A stretch of DNA of 53,532 nt, filler included, from Jimgerdemannia flammicorona (lineage: Eukaryota): assembly GCA_003990765.1 (NCBI GenBank). It is 2 parts of 2 records of this genome, joined end to end, with 100 filler letters (N's around TTAATTAATTAA, not from the genome) between each part and the next. Parts side by side here need not be neighbours in the genome. Positions count along the whole stretch, not along the records: positions 1 to 26,718 come from RBNJ01000700.1; 1 more part is not named here. One strand, 5' to 3'. This document shows, piece after piece, positions 1 to 11,300 of this stretch. The translations under genes were made by a program, and so were the position numbers. The notes under the pieces were generated by a model. That model was not told the origin of the DNA. It worked only from the letters and a program-made list of their open reading frames with translations, and made no database searches. Numbering within the stretch: position 1 is the first letter of the stretch; every line of letters starts with the position of its first letter.

Positions 1-1140
1 AAAAAAAAAAAAGAGATAATTTTAGTTATAATAAAGAAAATTACTATATATGTATAATTTTATAATTTTATATAAATTTTATAATAATAAGTTAATTATT
101 ATTCTCAATAATTAAATAATTAAAATAGATAAATTATAAGATAGATAAATTGAGATAAATTATTAAAATAAATTATTAAGATAAATTATTAAAATCTTAC
201 TATTTATTTATATTATATTTATATTATTATATTAAGAATTTATATATAATATTTTTTTATATCTATATATAGTATAAAATAAAATAGAAAATATATATTT
301 AATCATAGACTAAAAGTCTGATTTCTCAATTTAGTATAGCTGATATAATGTAAAAATTATAATCTATATAATAATACTCATTTTTAAATAGTATTAAAAT
401 AAGTTACAGAACTATTTTTATAATATTTATATACTTAACTATATACTTAGCTATCTTATAATATAGTAAACTTATATAAACAATTTAAAATTATATATAA
501 CTTTATTTTATTTTAAATTAGTTTTATAAATAGTATCTATAATATCTTATATTGATTATTTATATCAATCTCAAGTACAGTATATGGATAGTAGTATATG
601 TTTGTCTGTTTATGAAGATAAAGATGATATTATCAAATTCTAATCAATGAGATCGATTATATCATATAAATCATATGGCAAAATTTATCTATATATTATT
701 AATAATACATATAAAAGATTGTTATTAAAAAATAAAGTTTCAAGTGAGATTATCTATCATTTGAGTAAAATAATTAGTAAAACCTAGTACTTTAAATAGA
801 TTTAATTTATCTAGATAAGATTTGATTCAGATTTATCATATGATAGATTCAAATTAACTTAGATTGGTCTTATGATCTGATAGATTGATTTAAATTACTT
901 GAAATCTTTAATAATATTACTCTTTCTATATTATTTTCTTTTTCTAATACTTTTTTTTTTTTCTACTATATTATAAATAAATAAATAGTAGCTCTTAATT
1001 ATATATTAGTCTACTTATTTTTTTAACTATTTAATAATTATCAAAAGAGAGAATATTTAAGATGAAAGAGTACTCTCTACTGATAATGTTAAATTTTTTC
1101 TCATATAGATAGCTTATAAGCTACTTATTAAGAGTCAAAA
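1..1140. repeat. Extremely AT-rich, heavily eroded repeat debris; family not assignable
   Basis: Near absence of CpG with TA excess; possible decayed hAT-type end (tagtactttaaa) near 785; poly-T near 950-962. Confidence 0.4.
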
Positions 1141-1162
1141 TAGTAGTAATAATAGTAATAAT

Positions 1163-1757
1163 TAGTACTCCAAATGAGTCAATCCAGATGGGATTTGGAT
1201 GGGATTTAAATCTCATCTGGATTAACTCAGATGGAATTTGAATCTCATCTGGATAGATTTCGAATCAACAATTGTTTTGATTTCCAAATTAGATAATTAA
1301 ATGTTTACATCAATAACTCAATGAATAATCATCCAAATTTAATGATCTTGATGTCATTTAAAAGCCCTTAATAAGGCCTTTCTAATGATATTGAGAATAT
1401 TAAAATCAGATTACACATTGCCAAGATATTAAGGAAACTGTTCTATTTGATGAAATTTCCAAAATTGGTAAATCAAATAATTTCCAAAATTAGTGATTCA
1501 GATGTTTTCCTTCATAACTCAGCAATGCATGATCCAATTTCAATATTCTTAATATAATTAGATAGGCCTTATTAAGGGCTTTCAAATGATACCAAGATTA
1601 TCAATTTTGGATGATTATTCATCAAGTTATTGATATAAATATTTAATTGTCTAATTTGGAAATCAAAACAATTATTGATTCGAAATCCATCCAGATGGGA
1701 TTCAATCTGAATCAATCCAAATCTCATCTAGATTAAATTGACTCATTAGGAGCACTA
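1163..1757. mobile_element. hAT-family foldback MITE, copy 1
   Basis: Ends tagtactccaaatgagtcaa ... ttgactcattaggagcacta are inverted repeats; long internal inverted arms (aagcccttaataaggcct / aggccttattaagggctt); 8-bp TSD gtaataat / gcaataat. Confidence 0.88.
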
Positions 1758-1794
1758 GCAATAATAGTGATAGTAATAATAATAATAATAATAA

Positions 1795-2351
1795 TAGTGC
1801 TCCAAATAAGTTAATTTAATCCAGATTAAATTCAGATTGGATTTGGATTAAATCTCATTCAGATCAACTCAGATGTGATTTGAATCTCATTTGGATTAAT
1901 TTGAATCAACCATTGTTTTGATTTTCAAATTAGACATTAAATATTTATATTAATAACTTAATAAATAATTATTTAATTTTAATAATCTTAGTGTTATTTG
2001 AAAGTCCTTAATAAAGTCTTTCTAATAATATCAAGAATATTAAATTCAGATTACATATTGCCAAGTTATTAAAGAAAATGTTTTTTTGAAAAAATTTCCA
2101 AAATTAAGTTAAATAATTTTCAAAATTGGTAAGTTAGATGTTTTTCTTGATAACTTAGCAATATATAATTCAATTTTAATGTACTTGATATCATTAGAAA
2201 GGCCTTATTAAGAGCTTTTAAATAACACTAAGATTATTAAAATTAGATGATTATTTATCAAGTTATTAATATAAATATTTAATTATCTAATTTGGAAATC
2301 AAAATAATGATTGATTCAAATCTGATCTAGATCAACTTATTCAGAGCACTA
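1795..2351. mobile_element. hAT-family foldback MITE, copy 2 (more eroded)
   Basis: tagtgctccaaataag ... cttattcagagcacta; colinear with copy 1; 8-bp flanks aataataa / gataatag differ only by G>A. Confidence 0.85.
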
Positions 2352-2519
2352 GATAATAGTAATAATGAGAATAAGAGGGAATTCTAGTAGTAATTCTTTA
2401 GATCTCAAAATTTATAGATCTCATAGTTATATATATAGTAGTTTTTTTTAGAGTAGCTAATAGTAGATATAGATTATCTTTTCACTACTATATTTAAATT
2501 CTACAGTATGATCAAATTC

Positions 2520-3644
2520 TTTTTTTTTTTTTTTTTTTTATAGACTTAGAGTCTTATAGATTTTTATTGGAAGAAAACCTAGACTATATATATATATAGG
2601 CCAAAACTCTCTCCTACTACTCATCAAGCACTACTCTCTCATTAAACTTAGACTAACTATTGTCTAGTAGCTCAACTATACCAGATATAGTAGAGTCTAA
2701 TATAGCTTACACCTCATTCTATATACCATGTTCTCTCTACTATCAGAGAGAAATCAGCTATATACTAATAACTGAAAGTATATATCTAAAACTCTAATAT
2801 ATATATAAGGCTATATCTGAGCCAAATAGAATAGCTCCTACTACCCCAAGTAGAATGATAGATAAATAAAAACCCTTGTTGCCTCTTTCTCTACTACCTT
2901 ACTGGTCACAAGGTTTGGTAAGTGATCTTCTGAGTCCCCTTTTCCCTAATATTACCCCCTCTATCTCAGGTTGGTTTGCTGTGCCTACAGGGGCATAGTG
3001 GGAGGAGGGCAATAGTAGTGAGTTGCCTCTTTATCGGTGTCAGATCAGTGCTTCCTCCACTTTTTTGTGGATTCTGATGCCTTCAGCTGTGTCTGGAGTA
3101 TACCTGTTTTGGTGCAGTGCCTTCTTCCTTTTGCCATCACCAATAAGAAGTTGTCTCAGTGTGTCTCAGGCTACATAGGGAGTCAGCTGACCTTGGGCAT
3201 CAAGTGCTCAGTGTAGGTTACCTGCAGGTCTTTGGTACCTGTGGTAGGGCCCTCTGGCTTTGGTGAGCTTCTTGGTAAGTGCAGTTCTGATATAGGTGAC
3301 TGTTTTTCAGGTATTGTCAGGATGGAAGGAGAGATGGCCATTACAGATAGGAGGAAGGGTGATAACGGTGAACCAATAGGGTGCCAGGCTGGGGGTGGTC
3401 ATCAGGGCTGGGGCAGGTGCTGCTTCAGTGGGGCCTTTTGATTGGTACGGCATGGTTAGGTAGTAGGTATCACTCTCAGCTTCTTTTGGCAGTTAGGAGT
3501 TGGGCCCCAGTCATCAGAGGGGGTCAGGAGGCCTGAGGCTACCCATTTCAGGCATCTTGGCTGCACTCAACTGGAACCGGGAGCTGATATGGCAACATGA
3601 TCAAGGCCCACAGGCTTGAGTAGTGGGGTATTGGGGGCTTTTTT

Positions 3645-3694
<50 letters not shown>

Positions 3695-4105
3695 GGCTTC
3701 CTCTCACCTTACATGTAAGTCCTTTACTCATCTTGACTGGGAGAACCAGGCCCTACCCACCATGTTGTGCTTTGACAAGGGTTTTTCTTTGCCTGTCATT
3801 CTCTTTAGGGTGGTAGGGGCTATTCTATTCAGCTCGAGTATGGCCTTGTACATATATACATTGGGTTCTCGGGCATGTACTTTTAGTTGTTGGTGTATGG
3901 TTGGATTTCCCCTGGTGGTAGGGAGAGCATGGTGTGTAGAATGAGGTGTAGACCAACATAGGCCCTACTATATCTAGTATGGTTAAGCTGCTGGACAATA
4001 GCTAGCTTAGGTTAATAGAGGGGCAGTGTTTGGTGGGTGGTGGGGGAGGGTTTTGGCCTATATAGTCTAGGTTTCCTTCCAATAAAATTCCACAGGACAT
4101 GAGTC

Positions 4106-4154
<49 letters not shown>

Positions 4155-4780
4155 AAAACTCTCTTCAAAATACAGAACAATAGATAGGATCTAGTTCTCC
4201 CAAGTGAGATGAGTAGAAGACTTATATGTAAGATAAGAGGAGACCTCTAATATCTTATTACTTAAGCTTATAGGCCTCAATCATATTACTACATCAGCTC
4301 TCAGTTCTAGTTGAGTATAGCCAAGATATCTGATCTAGGTAGTCTTAGGTCTCCCAGCCACCCCCAATAATCAGAGTCTAATCTCACAAATTATCAAAAG
4401 TAGCCAAGAGTGATATCTACTATCTAACTACTCTATATTAATCAAAAGACCTCACCAAAGTAGCAGTTGCTCTAGCCCTGATGACTACTTCTAGTCTAGT
4501 ACCCTATTGGTCTACTGTTATTACCCTTCCACCTATCTGTGATAGCCATCTCTTCTTCCATCCTAACTTTATCCAAAAAGCAGTTGCCTATACTAGAACT
4601 GTACTTATCAGAAAGCTTACTAAAGCTCAGAAGGCCCTACTATAAGTACTGAAGATCTATAAGTAATCTATACTAGCACTTAATGCCTAAGGTTGACTGA
4701 CTCTATATATAGCCTATAATATACCAGATGATACCTTATTAATAATGGTAAAAGAAAGAAGATACTATACCAAAATAAGT
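2520..4780 (-). mobile_element. Non-autonomous poly(A) retroposon, copy A (old; interrupted by copy B at ~2884-4152)
   Basis: Poly-T at 2520; 2540-2880 and 4153-4780 are colinear with the best-preserved copy at 7106-8290. Confidence 0.8.
2884..4152 (+). mobile_element. Non-autonomous poly(A) retroposon, copy B (full length)
   Basis: Starts ctttctctactaccttactggtcacaagg; ends aataaaattccacaggacatgagtctgtt + poly(A); flanked by approximate TSD aaataaaaac. Confidence 0.85.
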
Positions 4781-5063
4781 TTATTTTATTTTATTTTATT
4801 TTTTTTATAGTCTCTTGAACTTTACTATTTATTATCAGTTATACTTATAATTACATTATCTCCTCTCACTACCTAATCTCTATAGAGGAACTCCCCCTCT
4901 CTACTCTTTTATATTTGAAAATCATCCTATCCCCTATTACTCTAACTCTCTCTACCAGATAATACTGCTAACTACTCTGTATACTCCAACCAAGCCACCA
5001 ACTCAACAGAGTGTCCTTTATCAACCCTTTTCATTATCATAGTTATATCTCTAAGCTCAGATA
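4781..5063 (-). mobile_element. LINE 3' fragment
   Basis: Reverse strand ends aataaaatagtaaagttcaagagactat + A-rich tail, matching LINE 3' ends at ~36215-36240 and ~52241-52266. Confidence 0.7.
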
Positions 5064-7105
5064 TAGTGCTCTGAATAAGTCAATTTAAATCAAATCCAGA
5101 TTTGATTCATTACATAATGGTTTGATCCAAATCTCAAATTCAAAGCCATCCAAATTAACTCAGATTAATCTGAATCACCTCATTCAAATTGCTCTATTTA
5201 AATTATCCATCTGAACTACCCCAATCTGAATCACTCAATCTGAATCACTTAATCCAAATCACTCAATCTGAATTCTCTAATTTGAATCCTTCAATTTGAA
5301 TTCTCCAATTCAAATCCTTCAATCTGAATCCTCATTCAAATCCTTCAACTAAATCCTTCAATCCAAATTCTCTACATAACTCATATACCAGACACATCTA
5401 TATATACAATATATATATCAACAGATCAGTCTTAAATAGTTCACAGTACTGACGATGCTTTAAGTCAAATATCTCTGATATATAGTTCCACACCTTCTAT
5501 ACAATTCTTACTCTGAAATCTGACAATATTGTACTAAGATAGGAGATAATGTTATTTGTAATTATTGTAGATAAAAAATTAAGATATACCTATTGATACT
5601 TTTTGTTTAACACATATATGATATTGTTTCATCTACTCTCATAAACTGCATTAGTTAGAAGTTCAAAATACTTAGTGGTACAACTTTGAACATATATTGA
5701 TACATAAAAGACAAGTACTCTGACAAAATCAAAAAGAATACAGAGACAAATAAAATCAACATCCAAGCTGTGGTAAGTATATTTATCTAATTGCCTGACC
5801 ATTTCTATATCAACAATGCCATTTAATCAAAAATATTTAGCCATACTCTTTGACAGAATTTTGAAATCAGCTCATTTGCTAGATTGTATGCATAGATCAG
5901 CCATTTACAACTATTGAGAGTGATCAATTATATAGTATCTTTAGTCTCCTCAAGTATGATTTATATTTGCCAAGTATCAATACTATTTACAAAGATGTCC
6001 TAGAGGCCTATAGGAAGGAGCATAATAATCTCTACCAGATACTTTAGATAAAATAAGGGCAGTACTGTGACCTTTGCAAGCTGAATTATATAAAAATAGC
6101 TCACTAATTTAACCTCACATTCAATAAGTAGAATTCAGCAGGCAAAATTTCATTTACAATTAATACATAGATATTCCCTAATATAATTTCATTTCTGGGC
6201 ATTACTGGTTATTGGATTGATCTCAATTGGCAGCTTAAATCTCTCACCCTTGACTTTATCAAACTTGCTGGTCCTTATTCTGGAGACAACATTGCAGATG
6301 CTTTTATTAGTTGTATCTAGGAGCTTGGGATTACAACCAAGATAAAAAAAGGGGGCTTATCATCAGATTGATATTTTGAGAGAGATCCTAAAATAAATCA
6401 AATTTTATTAGTTATTTATTTTTGTATAAATTCACCAACCAAATATTTCAAGTATAGATTTTGACCATTACAATGAACAATGCTATAAATAACTCAATAT
6501 TTTTTCAAGTTTTAGCAGTTAGTCTTAAACAGGAAAATGTAGCCTTTAGTATAGAAAGCTATCATGTGTAATATCAGGCCCACATACTGAATCTCACTGT
6601 TCAGGACTATCTTATGTATATAGACAAAACATCCAAGAGAGGGGGGGCTCTGAGTATAATTTCCAAGCTGTGCAAACTGGTTGTGTCAGTCTGATCATCT
6701 CTACAATGATGAGACAAATTCACTATATAGTATAGGGCAATTAGTTTAGTCCCAAAAGAGCTTATATTGGACATCTATATATATTGGAACTCAATATTTA
6801 CAATGATTTAGTGCATACTGGAGTTTGTTATAGTATGTATTCTTTTTTTCTTCAGTTGGCTAAAGCAACTTATTTCAAATAATTAAAGATTTATTTTTTA
6901 AAAAAAAAAAAAAACAAAAAAAGCCAATAGATTCAACAGTGGCTGCCAATAAGGAAATACAGACTGAGGCTCTAGGTGAAAGTGAGTGAGATATACTTAG
7001 AAATATTGTCAGAGTTTGGGAAATAAGTAGTGATTGCTCTGGCTCTATACTCATTTTATCTGCCTCTATACTTATTTTATCTGCCTCCATACAATGTAAT
7101 ATCTC
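5064..7105 (+). mobile_element. hAT transposon relic (left TIR, subterminal repeats, decayed transposase)
   Basis: TIR tagtgctctgaataagtcaa matches the MITE ends; aatc(c/t)gaat repeats at 5160-5370; BED-finger remnants (CNYC ~5557); hAT motifs FLGITGYWIDLNWQLKSLTLDF...GPYSGDNIA (~6190-6300) and WNS (~6785); many in-frame stops. Confidence 0.85.
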
Positions 7106-8290
7106 TTTTTTTTTTTTTGTTTAACGGACTCTATGTCCCGCAGAATTTTATTGGAAGAGAACCTAGACTATTTAGGCCAAACCCCTCCCCCACCACCCAT
7201 CAAGCACTGCCCCCCCATTAATCTAGGCTAGCTATTGTCCAGCAGCTCGACCATGCCAGGCGCAGCAGGGCCTATAGTGGCCCGCACCTCGTTCTGCGCT
7301 CCATGCTCTCCCTACCACCAGGGGAAACCCAGCCATATGCTAACGACCGAAAGTGCATGCCCAAGAACCCAACGTATGTACAAGGCTATGCCCGAGCTAA
7401 ATAGAATAGCCCCTGCCACCCTAAAGAGAATGACAGGCAAAGAAAAAACCCTCATCAAAGCACAACTCGGTGGGTAGGGCCTGGTTCTCCCAGTCGAGGT
7501 GAGTAAAGGACTTACACGTGAGGTGGGAGGAAACCTCCAATACCCCACTACTCAAGCCTGCAGGCCTCAATCACATTGCCGTGTCAGCTCCCGGTTCCAG
7601 TTAAGTACAGCCAAGACGCCTGAAATGGGTAGCCTCGGGCCCCCTGACCCCCCCTGACGACTGGGGCCTCACCCCACTACCCGCCAAAAGAAGCCGAGAG
7701 TGTCACCTACCACCTAACCATGCCGTACTAATCAAAAGGCCCCACCGAAGCAGCACCCGCCCCAGCCCCAACAACCACCCCCAGCCTGGCACCCTACTGG
7801 TCCACCGTTATCACCCTTCCTCTTATCTGTGATGGTCATCTCCCCTCCCAACCTGACAATACCCGAAAAGCAGTCACCTACGCCAGAACCGCACTCGCCG
7901 GGAAGCTCGCCAAAGCCAGAGGGCCCCACCACAGGCACCGAAGACCTGCAGGTAACCTACACTGGGCACTTGATGCCCAAGGTCGGCCAACTCCCTACAT
8001 AGCCCGAGATACACCGAGACAACTCCTTGTTGGCGATGGCAAAAGGAAGAAGGCACTGCACCAAAATGGGTACACCCCAGATGCAGCTGAAGGCACCAGA
8101 ATCTGTGAAAAAGTGGAGAAAGCACTGATCTGACACCAATAAAGGGACAACTCATCACCATTGCCCTCCTCCCACCATGCCCCTGCAGGCACAGCAAACC
8201 AACCCAAGGTAGAGGGGGTAATATTAGGGGAAAGGGGACTTGGAAGGTCGCCTACCAAACCTTGTGACTGGTAAGGTAGCGGAGAAAGGA
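7106..8290 (-). mobile_element. Non-autonomous poly(A) retroposon, copy C (youngest, CpG-rich)
   Basis: Poly-T at ~7106-7118; AATAAA on the minus strand; 5' end cctttctccgctaccttaccagtcacaagg shared with copies B and D. Confidence 0.88.
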
Positions 8291-8305
8291 GCTGTATTCC
8301 ATCCT

Positions 8306-11300
8306 GGGTCCAATTCTTCTAGCATAGAGTTTCTTAGCTGGTTGTTGTGCTAGGGTGTCTGGGTAGAGGTTGTCTGTTCTAAGCATGACCATGTCACCAA
8401 TGTTATAGAAGGCTTCTCTTCACTTCAAGTTCATGTACTTGATCTGGTAGTCTTGTACTTCTATGAGAGTATTTCTTGTCATTTGGGTAAGGTCAGAAAT
8501 GGTCTCAGCCAGATCTTGGGCTGCTGGGACTACTGATTTTACAGTAGTACTTAGAGTCCTTGGGTATTGACCATGGTTCAGGAAGAATGGAGTCTTTTTT
8601 GTGGAGGTTTACTGACTGTTGTTGTAGGCAAACTCGGCATGGGCTAGGTACTTGTCCTAATCATTTTGCTTGTAACAGTAGAAGATACTAAGCATCTGTT
8701 TGAGAGTCCTGTTGGTTCACTCGGTTTAGCCACCAGTCTGAGGGTAGTAGGCAGTAGAGAACTTCAGCTTGGTTCCATGGAGAGAGAAGAATGTCTTCCA
8801 GAAGTTGCTTATAAACTTGGCATCTTGGTCAGATACAATAATACTAGGCATGCCATGTAGTCTGAATACTTGATTGAGAAAAATCTTGGCAATCTCTGGT
8901 GCTGTAGCAGTGGTCTTGGTGGGTGCAAAATGGACTTATTTACTTAGGCAGTCCATGAATACCATGATGGTATCCCATCCTGCCTTGGTCTTGGGGAGTT
9001 GGACAATGAAGTCCATTGCAATCTAATTCCAGGTGTGACTTGGGATAGGCAAGAGTTGTAAGAGTCCTGCTGGTAGCTTGTTACTACTTTTGAATCTTTG
9101 ATACATCTTGCATGAGACCACAAAGTCTTTGATGTCCTTGGTCATCTTAGATCAGTAGAACTCTCTTGAGAGGAGGTTGTAGGTCTTTTTGAAACCAAAT
9201 GTCCTGCTGCAGAGATATCATGAAGTTGCTGCATGATCTTAAGTTGCAAAGTATCATTATTGGGTACAACCACTCTGTCATCGTCCCTGTAGATAAGTCC
9301 ATCATGGTAAGTGAATCTCTTGGACATTTGCCTCATGGGTTCTGGAATCTCAGCTTCTGGATCTTGGCAGAATTGGAGGAATTTCATCAGGGGGCTGTCC
9401 TGCTGATAGCCATCCTTGATCATTTGGGTAAGGTCTCCAATTATCTCGACCATGAAGACAAGTTCATCTTCTATGTATCTGGAGAAACCATCAGCCACAT
9501 GGTTGGTTTTGCCTGAGATATACTTGATTTCTATATCAAAGTTGGCAATGATTTCCATCCAGTGGGCTTGTCTGTGGATCAGTATAGGCTGTATGTAAAT
9601 ATACTATAGGGTATGGTAATCAGTATAAGCTACAAATAGTTGTCCTAGAAGGAAATGGCACCATTCCTAGAGTATAGTAACAATAGCCAGAAGTTCCTTC
9701 TCATGGGTGGTATACTGGGTCTCAGCTGGCTTGAGCTTTTGGGAAAGGTAGGCCACTGGGTGGTCCCCTTGACTGAGTACTGCTCCAATAGCAATGTCAG
9801 AGTCATCTGTAATCAGAGTGAATAGCCTGGTAGGGTCAGGTGCAATTAGCACTGGAGTAGCTTGAGGGTTGTGGAGATAGGGATATCCTTAAGGGCTGAT
9901 ATCTTTTGGGGGTCTACATTGATATCTTCAGCAGAGATGATATGTCCTAGGTACTCAATCTGGTCTTGATAGAACTTGCATTTGCTCATCTTGGTATAGA
10001 GCTGGTATTCTTGCAAGAGGGTCAGTACTTGTCTGAGATGGGTGTAGTGTAACTCTACTGTTTCACTGTAGATTAGTATATCATCAATATACACAAAGAC
10101 ACAGATGTTGAGGAGTGGTCCAAAGATGTCATTCATCAGATACTGGAATATTGCTGGTACATTGGTCTATCCAAAAGGCATGACTCAGAACTGGTAGTAT
10201 CTAAATCATATTTGGTAAGCTGTCTTCTCAATGTCCTTCTCATCAATGAGAATCTGATGATAGCCATTTTGCAAGTCCAGTAGGAAAAAGGTCTTGGCCT
10301 TGAAGATTTGGTATAGTAACTCATCAATCCTGGGCAAGACATACTGGTTCTTGATTGTAATATTGTTGAGGGCTCTGTAGTCAATACACATTCGCAGAGA
10401 GCCATCCTTCTTCTTGATAAATAGAATGGGGGCTCCAAATGGAGAGTGGCTGAGTTCAATGTATCCTTGGGCCAGTAGTTTGGTCAATTCACTCCTGAGG
10501 GTCTTGAGCTCAGGTTGGGCTAGTTGGTAAATACTCTTATAGGGGGGTTCAGATTCTGGAATAAGATCAATTCCATGTTGGATTTGGTGCTTGGGTGGAA
10601 GTCCTTGGGGGTCTTGGAATATATCTTGGAATTCTTCAAACAGTTCTTGAGCTTCTGTTGGGATTGGGCTACTTGTAGCTTCAGTGACATCTTGTACTAT
10701 ACAAATGAAGTAGGTTTTCCCCTTTTTTCAAGAGAGTCTCTTCATTTAAATGGTAGAGATGATTTTGATTCCTTGGTAGTTGGTACCTTCCTGGGGTGTC
10801 AGGATGATCTTTCTGCCTTCATGGGTAAGATTAACCTTGTTGGTTCTCCAGTTGATGTCTGGGTTATGCTGGGTCAACCAGGCTTTTCCTAGGATAATGT
10901 CTTATCCTGGGAGGTCTACGATGCTGAAGTCTAACTTCTCTTGGTATTTACCAATCTTGAGCAAAAGATCTTCACAGATATTAGTCAATGGTGTAGTTTT
11001 GCCATCCCTGAAGGTAATACTTCTTTTCTCAGTGGCTGGTCTACTTCAGGCTCCAATCCTCTTGGTGGTCTTGGTGCTGATGTAGTTTCCAGTAGCACTA
11101 CTATCAAGCAAGGCATTGACATTCTGTTTGTGGACTTGGCCTGTGAACTTGATGCAACTGTCCTCCTTCTTGATGGTGTTGAGCTCTTCATCCTCATTGT
11201 TGTCCCAATTGCTGTCAGTCTCCTTGAAGTCAGTTTCTCCCCATCCTTCATAAGGAGGGTTATCTTGTTTGGGTTCCTCAGTCTGTTGGGCTTGGTGCTT

